NCBI GenBank assembly: GCA_964016885.1
Contig: OZ024742.1
Coordinates: 108,376,001-108,440,000, forward strand
Origin: Eledone cirrhosa
Taxonomy: Eukaryota
DNA: 64,000 bases
Direction: 5' to 3'
Shown here: positions 1-12,935 of the stretch, piece by piece
Position numbering within the stretch: position 1 is the first letter of the stretch
Layout: every line of letters starts with the position of its first letter
The notes under the pieces: generated by a model
What the model saw: only the letters and a program-made list of their open reading frames with translations
What the model was told of the DNA's origin: nothing
Database searches by the model: none
Translations under genes and position numbers: made by a program

Positions 1-85
1 ATTTGAACTCAGGTCGTAAAGGGACGTAACTATGCTGGAAAGCATGGCTTCCGACCCTCTACCGATACTGCCAATCCACCGCCCT
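1..85 (-). mobile_element. tRNA-derived SINE family A, 5' head (cut by window edge)
   Basis: Matches the heads of complete copies at 49645-49830 and 55610-55768. Reverse complement contains A-box-like TGGCAGTATCGG and B-box GAGTTCAAAT. Confidence 0.8.
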
Positions 86-339
86 AACCACCGCACTATA
101 TAATAGGAATATGACAGCTGCAGTCGTCGCAGTAATTGCTGATGGTTGGTGTTTTCTGTTTGTCAGAGGAGACTAGGTTATGATTATGAAGAACGTGTTT
201 GAATTAAATTGATGGCTTATGCGATACGGTTTTGGTGGGTAGGTTTAATTGTAGGTTTATGATTTGCTTTGCTCGTGTTCGTGGTTGTCATGGGTTTGGT
301 TTAGATTTGTTTACCGTTCTAGTTGAGGCATATAGGTTT

Positions 340-412
<73 letters not shown>

Positions 413-429
413 GAATAACATGACACAGT

Positions 430-1440
430 TTCATATATCTATACGCTGTTTTAGCCCCAAGAGCTATTATTAGTACCACTCCCAGTAAACCTCTAGGCTA
501 CTGAATAACTTACATTGGATCGCCTACTCATATCCTACTGCAGAAAAAAACCCTCTTCAATAATAAAGTTGCCTGGGTCAAAACATTCACTGCCAATGAT
601 CTATTGGATATATTAGTGAGATTAGTTGATAGTGCTGATGTATGCAATTTGGTGGGGCTATATATTTATCTTAGATGCGCTACACAAGAAATTCCCAGAC
701 TTTCATGCGGATCTATACTGCGAGGATGGTCTGGTACGATCAAACCATAACAGCGACCTTGTCCTAACTATAACTAACTATAACTAACTTTAACAAGCTA
801 GTACTAAAGATTACTATATCTATCAATCTCACTAGCGTTAATTTCCTAGACATAAACGTAGAACTTAGCGAAGGACTCAGATACATACACAAAAATTCAT
901 GCCATCCATTCATAGTTTTCAAAAAACCTTCATTAAGAACATCAGCAAGTTGATACCCAACCACTTATTTAACAAAGCTATATTTAATAGGGCAGTCGTC
1001 TACTATATGGAATTGAAACATGGACGCTTTCATCCAAACAACAAAATTGCCTTGATGGCACCTACACTTTCCTACTTCGACGCATTCAGAACATAAGCTT
1101 GCCTCATCTGACTTTAAAAGAATTATATGCCGGCCTCCCACGCATATCTGTCGTTGTACGTAAAAGGAGAGTAAGATTTGCTGGCCACTGCTATCGTGCC
1201 GCCTATGTGGCTGTGCCTCCATTAGTGCTTTGGAAACCACGAGCAGTCACTAATAATAGGGGGCGCAAGCTCTTCTATCCCGTTGTCATCTTCAGTGATT
1301 CTGGTATTGAAATCCAAGATTTGGCAACGGCAATGAACGACAGACCCTCGTGGAGATGAATTGTTGAGTTGATTTCGGCTGAGGCCGCCAGATGATGATG
1401 ATGACTATAACGCAGTCATAAGCAACAGGCTAAACATTAG
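430..1440 (+). mobile_element. Decayed Penelope-like (Naiad-type) RT fragment, interrupted by an RTE insertion
   Basis: Frameshifted translation gives DVCNLVGLY, a GLYRDDGL-like motif, VNFLDINVEL, SCHPFIVFK and FNRAVVYY|NAV. These parallel the PLE ORF at 37.7-38.4 kb. Confidence 0.65.
1008..1403 (+). mobile_element. 5'-truncated RTE-clade LINE 3' end with (GAT)n tail and 6-bp TSD
   Basis: Encodes LDGTYT...HLTLKELYAGLPRISVVVRKRRVRFAGHCYRA...RGRK. Ends in gatgatgatgatg. ACTATA occurs at 1002-1007 and 1404-1409. Confidence 0.8.
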
Positions 1441-1729
1441 ATGCCTGTATAATAGGAGCAATCTATCTAAACTGAGATTATCACTCCCAATTGCCTTTGC
1501 TTAGGTGTCTTTCAAGAGATCCAAGCTAGACGGCACACACCAGTCAGCCACAGAATACGTTCTCTATTTCAAGTTTTTAACTTCTACCCAGATACCTTGC
1601 CACATTTAAGCTTTTTAATTGCTTTTATGAACTCAGCCTCTGAGATGTTAGTCATTGCTCCCAGATGCACTTCATGTAAGTCAGAAAATGTTGTTGTGAC
1701 CGGATTTAGATCAGCAATGTATTACATAT

Positions 1730-1927
1730 AGAAGGTCGGCTGAAAAGTTCATAGGCTGACCAAGATACTCTCATGGAATTACCAAATGAAGTTTATTTTT
1801 CAACATAGTCCCTGGAAGGAAACAATGCAGATATTAATAGGAAGAGTTGAAATTAATGTATCCAAGATTTCACAGCTCAAGCATCACTCCTTCATAGTCA
1901 GCCTATGAACCTTTCAGCCCACTCTCG
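1730..1927. mobile_element. Tc1/mariner-type MITE
   Basis: About 30-bp TIRs (GGCTGAAAAGTTCATAGGCTGAC / GTCAGCCTATGAACCTTTCAGCC) with TA-rich flanks. Confidence 0.75.
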
Positions 1928-2358
1928 TATACATAAGGAACATGAGCTATGGATATCCAAGTAACTTTACTAAAAGTTAAAAAGAAAGAGAAGAAAAAAT
2001 GAAAAATAAAACAAGGATATATTTGATATTTTCTAACGCGTTCAGGAAACAATAGAATGGAACGTTTCGATTAAATTACTATTTCTTTCTTCAACGAGGG
2101 TTATGTTACCCGGAATCTATGAATCTATTAAACAATTAAATATTACCAAGGTAACATTTCTCTTTACTTGCATTTCCTTTTTCTTTCTTTCTCTGGTATT
2201 GTTACCTCATTATTCATATTTTTGTGGGGAGGGGTTTGTCTCATTTGTCTAAAACTAAGTTTTTTATTCTATATTGCTTCAAGCAAATTATAAGTCTATT
2301 TTTCGGCATCTTTAACCACACACACACACACACACGCACACACGCACGCACACACGCA

Positions 2359-2390
<32 letters not shown>

Positions 2391-2630
2391 TACAAGCACA
2401 TGTTTACGCACGTGCACAAGTATAGCTCTTTTTACAAAACGTTTTTTTTTCCCATTTCAGGTAGACGCGCTTCATTATCCACTTTTCTAAAAAATAAATC
2501 AAAAACAAAACGCCAGCACCAACAGTTTTACAAGAGATGTCAACATGAATGGACCTGTTATTTTTATCTAAAGACATTTTTTCCAGTTCCATCCCGCCCG
2601 TTCCCTGAATCTATCTTATTTCTCATTCTT

Positions 2631-2666
2631 TCTTCTGATGAAGGACTAGCGTCCGAAACGTTAAGA
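2631..2666 (+). ncRNA. Minimal type I hammerhead ribozyme (PLE-type)
   Basis: tctt-CTGATGA-a-ggac(tagc)gtcc-GAAA-cgtt-aaga. Stems I and II pair, and stem III is the palindrome ACGT. Confidence 0.75.
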
Positions 2667-3914
2667 CCCTCTTCCTGCTATATCAAGCGTTAACCTAATA
2701 TATCCCTTCCATATACTGTACCGATTGTGTTGTTATTTCTGTTTACCTACATACATACATACATACATATATTTTACATACATACATACATATATATATA
2801 TATATTTCGTTGACAAATATATCAATATGCCCAGACATGCAGATATATTGCCATTGTATGACAGTGTGATTTTAGCTCAATGTAGGATAACTAGTATACT
2901 ACATAGCCGTTATAGTTATAGGAATAACCAAAGTGTACTTAGAAATTTACTGTGGTACAGTTGTATGCCGTACGGTACATTGGTTGAGCGCCAGCTTGGA
3001 CATACAGTGAATTTCACCCGGCACGTTGGATTGAGCGACCGAACGTGAGGATTTTGGGGAATGCCAGTTTCTGCGGACCTGGCGTGTCTTCAATTTCTTC
3101 ACATCTGCGCCGGCTGTATATGTACCATACATTTCTTTAACTCGTCGTACTTCCTTTATTTTTTATTTTGGATTTTGGGTGTATATCCCAGACCGCCTAT
3201 GGTGATAAATCCCCTGGGGATAGGTTTTAGAAAAAGAGTGTTATCTCACTTAACGTCCGGAATTAGAACATATCGATGTGGTTGGGAGGGCGAGGATATG
3301 ATAGGGAGAATCGACCTGCTACAAGGCGATATAATTGGAGTACACTATCCCTCATATGGACTATCATACATGTAAGGCTACACCACTTCTAATCAACTAT
3401 TATTTTCACAGAGTCATGCTTGCAAAGTCTATTGATCTGCCTGTACATCCTGTTTTTGCACTGCTTGTGCTTTGATGCATCTATGCTTTGCTTTGTCTTA
3501 TATTTCTTTGGGGTCTCCGGGCTTTTTGTTCCTTTACTGTTTTGTATTTTTATATTTATCTCTTTTATTATCCCTGTATTTTTGCACCTTTTTATTATTT
3601 TTTAAATTATTTTTATTATTATTTTCTTATTGTTTCTGATCATGCTGAGTAATACCCTCACTCTTCCCTTGCTACCCTCTCCCAACCTCTTTATCATCTA
3701 TTGCACCATCTAAGTGATAAATTTCTGGTGTAATTTTAAATTTTAAATTATTAAATTTTTAAGACATTTTATGACATTATGTGCATCATGTATTCTGCCT
3801 TTTTCCATATAACGCTGGCTTCGGGACCCCCCCCCCCCCTGCTGGTCCTTTAACCTTGTTCTGGTGACGCAGCTCGATGGAGCATGCAACTACTGATATA
3901 CTCATGTTTATAGG

Positions 3915-4890
3915 CTTTGATGATTCCTGCCATGATGTCTGTTACCAAACTTAAAATCAGACTGAGGAAGCAAAAGAAGAAAGCACCCACTACAAGGTGT
4001 TTTGACACTACCAAGCTGAAGAACGGTGACACAGAAGCACAGTTCGAGGCTGCTTTGAGGAACAGATTTGCTGTCCTTGAGGAGTCTGCACCAGGCTCGG
4101 TCAATTGGTGGGGGGAAACGAAGAAGACCATGGAAGCTGCAGAGAAAGAAATCTTGGGCTAGAGGAAGTCCCTCAGAGAAGCTTGGGTCAGCGACAACAT
4201 CTGGCAGCTGATTAATGAAAGGAAAGCCCTACACCAGCAGAGGCATGCCACTATCCCAGAGGCCATCAAGGTATATCAGCAGTATGTTGACAAGGACAAG
4301 GAGGTTAAACGCAGCGCCCAAAGGGACAAGCGAATGTGGCTTGAGGGTAAGACAGAGGAGGCGGAAGCAGCTGCGGCACGCAATGACATGCGCGCTGTGC
4401 ACCAAATTGCAAAGAAAATCACCGGCAGCTCTAGAGCTAACTCAGGCCCGGTGAAAGCGAAAGATGGTACGCTGCTTTCCAAGGGTGAAGAAAAGTTAGT
4501 CAGATGGGCTGAACATTTCAAGGAAGTCCTCAACCGACCGGAGCCACGTATGCCAGCAGACACTAAGGAACCTACTAGTTTTTTGCCTATCAATACTGAT
4601 GACTTCACCGAGAAGGAAGTCCGCATGGCCATCAAAACCCTTAAGAATAACAAGTCACCAGGTGTGGATGGCATTTCTGCTGAAATGCTGAAGTCAGGAG
4701 GCGAAAGCATGGTCAAGTGGATGGGCCATTTATGTAATCTTGTGTGGAACACGGGTGAAGTCCCAGAATATTGGAGAAACGGAGCGGTTGTCTGTATCCC
4801 CAAGAAGGGCAACCTTGCCGATTGTGACAACTGGCGAGGAGTGACACTTGTCTCCATACCAGGGAAGGTCTATTGTCTGGTGATCCTGAA
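3915..4890 (+). mobile_element. RTE-clade LINE ORF2 internal fragment (end of endonuclease to start of RT), pseudogenised
   Basis: Encodes RNRFAVLEE, RWAEHFKEVLNRPEP, KSPGVDGISAEMLK and PKKGNLADCDNWRGVTLVSIPGK, with stops and frameshifts. Confidence 0.85.
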
Positions 4891-4917
4891 CCATGATGTA
4901 CCCTTTGGTTATTCCTA

Positions 4918-4994
<77 letters not shown>

Positions 4995-5546
4995 TGTTGA
5001 TAGATAGATAGATGGAGAGAGAGAGAGAGAAACAGAGATGTGGATATTTTAATATAAATATTCAACTTCCCCACTGTGTTTGTTGATTGCTTTTTTTTTT
5101 CTTTTGTACCAACCTATAGAATGATAGGGAAACAGTGCTTATGTGGGTACCTATTTCTATATGTCTATACCTTTCTCTAGCTCTCCCTAATCATCTCTCA
5201 AATTCTGATATACAACTGTTTTGCTTTTGTATTTATTCAGTAAACATAAGCATTTATTTGTCCACCTACCTACTTATACACTTACGCAGTTATCTACCGA
5301 CTTATCTATTGCATATACATACTATCTATCATCTATCTAGCTTGGGATAGACACATGTGCTGAGCTCGCTCGGTAAGTTTCGTTTAAACTTATCTGGAAA
5401 TTGTGAACTGTAAACTTTCATTTTTGTACCATTTTGTAGAGAGACTGCCAGGTCAAATTTTGATCTGGTCAGTCTCTCTTTAGGCGAAATAGTGTTGTAA
5501 AAATGTTATCTTTCGAAAAATTTCGAAAAATCCTATTTTGATAAAA

Positions 5547-7378
5547 ATGGCTGAAGCATCTTCACCAACATTCAAAGGAAGAAATTGGAAGTCATACTCA
5601 CAGCTTCCCCCTGCCACTGTCACAGCAGCAGATGCCAAAGGCAGAGGTCAGCCAGAGGAAGAATTTTCTTCACCTGTTGACCGACAACTTGATGTAGCCA
5701 CAACTATACAAGAAACTGAAAACAACAACAACAACGACAACAACAGCAACAATAAAGACAACAACAACAACACAAACGTCACAAGTATCCACACACCAAA
5801 CGAGAAAGACAACAATAACAAAGATGAAAACAACTCAAACGACGAGAAACAAAACAATACAAACACCAACAACGAAAACAAAATATATTTTGCACAAACG
5901 GCTAAATTATCAGTCACTTATGTGCTTGAAGATATTTCAAAAGCCAAAGAAATGCTGGAAAAAGCCAAAAAATATGTATCTTTTGGCGAAAACGGTTCGT
6001 TTTCTATAAATTCACCTCCAAAACAGGCGGAATTACGAACTGTCGTATTCCGTACAATTTTAAATAAAACCAAAAAACCAGCACAACCATCTCAAGCTGA
6101 AATTCAGTTAGTACTGAAAGAAGCGATGAAAGACATCACTTTCATACAAAAGGATAAACTCTATGGGAGTTTATCCATATTGATGAAAGACGAATTGGCG
6201 GCGAAAAAATACTCTGTGTCGCCAATTCGTTCCACACACTACACCTTCTTCCCCACCTACATGGGTAAAAAAACCCAGAGAATATGGAAACCACCATCAC
6301 CCCAAACATAAACTACTGGTGGTTACTAACCGGTTTCCTCAATTTAGACGAGGACAATCTCATTTCAATAGGGAAGGCATCCGGCGACGCGTTCAGTGGA
6401 ACGAGTATCGAAGTTCTGACACAAATAAGGCCAGAACGTATCGCCCAAATCCCTGAGCGCGTCATGCTGGATGACCGTACCCACCTCAACATTATTGTGG
6501 AGGGTAGGCGTCCCTGCTGTTACCTCTGTGGCAATAGAGGTCACCTGAGTTGCCTGTCCCCAGCTCACACAGAAAAAAACACTGCTACCAACACCAACAC
6601 CACCGCAACAACAACAACAAAAACAACCACAACAACAACAACAAAAACCAACAACACCACCACCACCACCACCACAACAACAACAACAAACACGTGAAAA
6701 AACAACACAGAATACTGTCCCACCCAACCCCTCCCACCCAAAACAAATACAAAAACACACACACCGCAAACACTACCAGAAAACATACCCTCCCACCCAA
6801 CAAGGAAGACGAACCCCTTTTGTCGCAAGACGAAAAAGATCCCTTCCAAACAGTAAAAAGAAAGAAGAGGAGGCGCACCACAGACACACTTGTTAACATT
6901 AACCCTCCCCAAGAGAACACAAACTACATACAAACCACCCCTCCCCGTCACACAACACTAACTGCTACACACAAAAAGACCTTACAATATACAAACATGA
7001 ACACAGACAACAAAGAACTACTGAAAACAATTTCATCAAACCCTTCGGTCCAAACTGAAGGGCCTAACTTTATAACTGCTGTGGGACTACCTCATTTAAA
7101 AATGATTAAAGTCCCAATGAACTTTTATAAAACACTGAAAATAAATTTCACGGAGGACGTACCCCCCCCCCCCCCCCCCCCTGCGCCAAACCAATCAACC
7201 GCGTCCTCCTAAAAAATGTTATCCCCCCACCTCACCCAGACACCCACTCAAGCACAAACGCCCCAACCCACATCACACTGATGCCCCTTCACTTCCACAA
7301 ACCACCACCCCACCCAACAGCCCATCCCCAACCAGCATGGAAATTGAGCGGCCCGCTTCCCGGGACGCAGAGAGGTAA
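5547..7378 (+). pseudogene. LINE ORF1 (gag-like, zinc knuckle), frameshifted
   Basis: Consecutive ORFs 5538-6311, 6284-6697 and 6550-7212. IIVEGRRPCCYLCGNRGH knuckle, FQTVKRKKRR basic motif and (AAC)n low-complexity tracts. Confidence 0.75.
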
Positions 7379-7402
7379 GTGCCTTTTCTCCTTACCACCA
7401 AC

Positions 7403-10400
7403 ATGGCTGTGCTAAGAGTAGGGTGTCTAAATGCGCGTGGCCTGGGCTCATCTTGGAAGCAAGCAAATCTTCTAGATGAGCTCAGGTCACGATCTATAAA
7501 TGTGATGGTCATCTGCGAGGCCCGGATCAGCAGCATGCGACAGCTAGCCCCCACCTTTGATGACTTTGAGATGCACGCATCTCTCTGTCAACCCGGTGGT
7601 GGAGTTGGGGTTGTCGTTCTGCTGCAAAAACATCTGGGTCTTGCCACACAGATAGTTCACTTGGACCCAGGGGGTCGACTGGTGGTGCTGGACCTTGGCA
7701 GTGGTGAAGGTGGATCCTTTAGGCTGGTAGCCGCATATGCCCCTTTTGGGACAGAGCGGCCCGACTTTTTCCAGTGTCTGGAGTCTTTTCTAGGGACGTC
7801 CCGTCCCCTGCTTTTAGTGGGGGACTGGAATGGTATCCTGGATGCACGTTGGGACAATGCAGGGGCATGTCCCGATAGAGAGGGGTGCAACAGCCTCAAG
7901 AGGTTACTCGGCCGATTTGACCTGGCCGATAGATTTCGACTAGATTTTCCGACGGTGCCAACCTGGTCTTGGTCAAATCGCAGCGGATCATCTAGGTCGT
8001 ACCTAGATAGGTTTTTAGTTAGAAATAAGGACAGGGACTTTTTAAGTTGTCCAGAAATGCTCATGGTTGGCTATTCAGACCACAAGTTGGTGACCTGCAT
8101 GGTCAACCTTGATAGAACGCATAGACAGGGCACCCGTTACTGGAAGCTCAACTTGTCCTTGCCAGAAAGTAGAGCTTACAGGGATCGGATTAGTACGTTA
8201 GTTAAGGAACGGTTGACTGGAGCGATCGTCAACAGCAGGTGGTGGGTATCTCTAAAGAGAGAGAATAGAGTAGTCTCGATAGAATTTAGTAAGGTTCTAG
8301 CTGCGGATAGGAATAGGAAGGAAAGGGAGCTAATAGATAGAGTAGAAGAGGCAATTAGAAGCGGCGACGTGGCCAGAGTGCTAGCGTCGAGAACGGCTTT
8401 GAGCCAGTTTTTCGACGCGAAGCACGAAGGCTGCGTTGTCCGAAGTAAAATACGTGCTCTAGGGAACGAGGGGACCAAAGCTGTTAGCTGGGCCCGCGTG
8501 ACAGAGGCCAAGAGTGGAACTAAATCCACCATCCGGTCTTTGCGAGACCAGGATGGACGGGCGATCCTTGAGCCTAAACAGATGCGTGGGCCTTTCAAAG
8601 GCACTTTGCCCGACTGTTCGGGAGGGGCGGGAGCCGGTTGGGGATGTGGACTTCGGTCCATACCTCGACCACCTGCCGCGTCTCTCGGACAGGGAGGCGA
8701 AGTCCTGCGAGGAGCCGATTTCGGTCGCTGAGATAGAGGACGTGCTGAGCCAATGCGGCAAACGCAAATCCCCGGGTCTCGATGGTCTTCCATACGAATT
8801 ATATCTAGCTATGCCGGACTTGTTCCACGATCTCTTCGAGGCGGTCTACTGCAACTGGCAACAGAACGGGAGAATTGCCTGTACTGTGACCAAGGGCGTA
8901 GTCACGCTAGTGAGGAATGACGAGAACAAGGGGGACGAAATAAGTAACTTCAGGCCCATAACTCTGCTAAGTACAGAGTTACAGATTTTGGCCAGGGTGC
9001 TAGCAAAGAGGTTGGCGCTTGTCGTGGGCAACCTGGTGGGAGATGCGCAGACATGTGCTATCCCGTCCAGGCCCATCCATGACAGCCACCACCTCATGCG
9101 ATACATCATAGAGAGGGTTGGGAACGAACCCGGCTTTGGTGGGGCTCTGATCAACTTGGATCAATCTAAGGCTTTCGATAGGGTCGACCATGGTTACCTG
9201 GATGCGGTGCTAGCGGCGGCAGGCTTCGGACCCGTTTTCAGGGGCTGGATCACTACTATGCACAGCAGCGGCATCTGCTCTAGGGCCAAGGTGAACGGCT
9301 ACCTCTCGGAGCCGTTCAAAGTCGCGCGGTCCATCCGACAAGGGTGCCCTCTCTCCTCCCTTCTGTATGTGTTGACTCTCGAGCCACTACTGCGGAAGTT
9401 GTTGCAGGGCATCCCTTTGGAACCGGAATTGCGGAAAAGGGTGTCGGCCTACGCCGATGACATGACAGTAATGGTATCGACAGCCTCCGAAATCGGGGCG
9501 ATCGGCACCTTACTGGAGGAGTACGAAAGGTTCACAGGGGCTAAGCTGAACCGGGACAAGCCGATCGGTTTGCAACTCGGCACGTGGAGGGGCAGACCGA
9601 TGCCCTCCGATGGCATCGTCGGACGCTGGACAGCGGGCCCGGTGAAGTTGCTCGGGGTCTGGTTCGGACCAGACCTCCAGGTGGAGAAGAACTGGGCGGA
9701 GGTTACGAACAGGGTGTTTGCACTGACCCAGAAGTGGGCCAGTTGCAAACTATCCCTGAAAGGTCGGGTGGAGGTGGAAAACACCTATATAGCGTCCGTC
9801 ATCTACTACCGCCTGACCGTAGTGCCTTGCCCAAGAGAAACCCTCGCCAAGATGGAGCGCGCGCTCTTCCAATTCCTTTGGAAGAGGCGGGCTCTCTTGG
9901 TAAGGAGATCCATCTGCTGTCAACACCCTTCGAAAGGAGGGCTGGTGATGCCGTGGCTAATGATGCGTAAACACGCATTAAGGCTACGGCACCTCCAAGT
10001 ATTCCTCACCGGTCAACCGGTGTGGGCCTCGTTTGTGAGACGAACCTTTCCCAGACTCGTCTCACTCACGGAGCTGCAATCCTGGGTCAAGCAAAGACCA
10101 AGAAAACTGGGCGCCTGGCACACTGAGTGTGCCCAGGCGCGCACCGCCCTCTGGCAGGCGGATCCGGTTATCAGTGGAGACTCCACCGCAACGTTCTATA
10201 GAGGGCTGGTACGCAGCAGGTGCGACGACGCCCTCGGAGAAGCCCTAGACATGGAGGAAGACGAACTGGCCAGCCTGTTCGGTAGGAAATTCAGCCCGGG
10301 ACCTATGGACAATTTCCAGAAGTCCCTGGCCTGGCAGTGCTACCGAGGGGCTCTACCCGTTCGAGAAAAGCTCTACAGACACGGGCGCCCGGGTAGGGAC

Positions 10401-10832
10401 CCCGCCAAAAAGATCTGTCCCAGATGCGTGTGCGACGAGGAAACCGTTGCACACGCATTGGTACACTGCTCGGGCGTAGCCGATCTGTGGGGCTATGTCG
10501 AACAACTGCTGTCAAGGGTGGGACCGATCCGGTTGACCACCGAGTCTATTGTAATGATCAAGCCGCCTCCCCCCTTCAAAGATGAAGGAGAGGCGGTGTT
10601 TCTGTGCGTAATAGCCATAGTGAAAGAAGTTGTATGGTGGACGCGTCTGAAAGGACTGAGGTCAGGCACCTTTCTCTCTGGCCAACAACTGGTCCGTTTC
10701 TTCCGATATCATTTCGGAAGAAGGATCAGGATGGAGAGAGAGGTGCTGCACCCCAGTAGTTTTTATGAAAGGTGGGTGAAAGTGGCGAGAATGGCCCGTA
10801 TGAATGGGCCTTCTCTTTACATAAGCCTGTAG
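7403..10832 (+). pseudogene. LINE ORF2: APE endonuclease + reverse transcriptase + C-terminal Cys/His motif, frameshifted near 8590-8630
   Basis: CLNARGL, GDWN, SYLDR and SDH (APE). KSPGLDGLP, LDQSKAFDRV, RQGCPLS and YADD (RT). CPRC..ETVAHALVHC at the C-terminus. Confidence 0.92.
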
Positions 10833-11189
10833 GTGGAAAAGAGGAAGGAACGAGGGAGCACCCCCTCTCTGTGCTCTTGAGGAGAAGGGTTGCACACTTT
10901 TTTCGGGGGTGTGTGCGACCCCCGAAGGCGCCTCCTCTCTATTGAAGATTTTGTTATAAATTTTATTTTATTTTTATATTTTGTTATTGCCTCCTCCTTA
11001 TTGAGGACGCCTTGTTTTGTAAACTCCCCCCATTGTACTTGTCCCACTTTTGATGCCCTGGTGGCAAATAAAAGAAACATATCTATTGCATATGCATACA
11101 CACATGTGTGTACGTGTGTGTCGTTCGCAAGTGTGTATGTGTGTATCTATAATTATACAGACTCATATACATATATAATATATATAAGG

Positions 11190-11404
11190 AACGATCGACT
11201 TTCGTCAAATCGGACCGAGGGAACAATGTTTCCGTTGGTCTTTCCAATTGCTAATACTATCTATCGGTCGCAACTCCAGGTAGAAGGAGCAACGTGAAAT
11301 AAAGTGTCTTGCTCAAGGACATAACGCATCGCCTGGTCCAGGAATCGAACTTACAACCTTACGATTGCGAATCCAATTCTCTAACCACTCAGCCACACGC
11401 CTTC

Positions 11405-11405
<1 letters not shown>
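11190..11405 (-). mobile_element. tRNA-derived SINE family B (CORE/Meta-like domain)
   Basis: Reverse complement has TGGCTGAGTGG, GTTCGATTCC and GTCCTTGAGCAAGACACTT. Near-identical to the copy at 53090-53300. Confidence 0.85.
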
Positions 11406-11671
<266 letters not shown>

Positions 11672-12689
11672 GCGAGTGTTGCAAGTGTGTGTGTATCAGC
11701 ATATGTAAGTTTTGTTATGCTTTCGACTGAAAAAATAAATATATTCACAAATATCTATGCAATAAATCAATATTAAAAGGGAATATCACGAAAACATTTA
11801 AATTTATTTTTGTGTAAAACTCTTAGTTTCAAGATTTACTTTGTAATTCTGCCACCATCTTTAATTTCTTTTAAAATATAGATATTTACATGAGAGACGC
11901 TAACGTTATTTAATTATACTCAACATTTGCTTTTGAAATGTTCAGCTAATATTAGACTTAATGCATTAAGCATATATGCATTTAATATGTGTTTTATGTG
12001 TCTGTGTGTGATTGTGTTTGCATGTTTGTTAAGGTGTAGTTATGTATATAAATATATATGTATTTATAGCCATAATGTCTAACCATTGCTAGTGACAATA
12101 ATTACTGCATGAGGTGTGTGTCTGTTCGTGTGTATGAGTGTGTGTGTGTGTGTGTTGCGTGCGCGTGCATGTGTGTGCAGTTCTTAATATTCTCGCCAGT
12201 AAAAGAAGGAATCATAATTAGAGTAAAGTACTAAAGAGAGAGAGAGAGAGAGAGAGAGAAGTTTCAAGGACATAAAAAAAGTGTCGTGGGTTATTGACCC
12301 GATGGTTCGGTTGGGACGTTGGGGATATAGATCACACCAAACCTCCAGGGGAATATCTACTGTGGTGAGATTACGTAAAGTTCAGGAGGGGTGACCATCT
12401 CTGGAAATTTCCCAATAGATAGTTACTCATTGAATAGGTCAGACAGAAGTCATCAACGACCAATAAATTGGCTCCGTTATTTACCGTCGTTTGACCGTGT
12501 TTTCTATATTTTTATCAAACAATTCATCAGCTTCAACTTTTCTCTTCATGTGGAAGAGACGCCTCAAAAACTTCTCAGGAGGCCCACTTCATGCCGAAAC
12601 CTTTATGTTGTTGGACCTCTATCAGTTCCGATGACGAGTGTTCTGTTGATCGAACAACGGACCAGCCAGTTTTTTAAATTAACGTGCAA

Positions 12690-12935
12690 GTGGCTGAGTA
12701 TTTTACAGTCACGTGTACTTTAACGTAGCTCTCTAGGAGATTCAATATGACATATATGTGTGACAAGACTAACCTTTTGAAGTAGGTACAGGTACAACGC
12801 ATACTTGTCGACTGAGTGGATTGGAACAAAGACAAATATATTGTATCATCGAAGGACACAAATCGTTACTGGGAATCGAACTCGCAACCTTAGGATCATG
12901 AACCGAACACCTTAACCAGTAAGCCATGTGTGTTC
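12690..12935 (-). mobile_element. Diverged SINE family B copy
   Basis: Reverse complement contains GAGTTCGATTCCC and TGTGTCCTTCGATGATAC. Confidence 0.6.

Larger units (their letters stand above)
5323..11079 (+). mobile_element. Full-length Tx1/L1-clade non-LTR retrotransposon
   Basis: ORF1 and ORF2 are present, with AATAAA at about 11067. Flanking direct repeat tatctattgcatat(a/g)catac lies at 5303-5322 and 11080-11099. Confidence 0.9.

Noticed and set aside
7657-10515. Antisense and overlapping ORFs within LINE ORF2
   Set aside because: They are expected by-products of GC-rich coding sequence and show no motifs.
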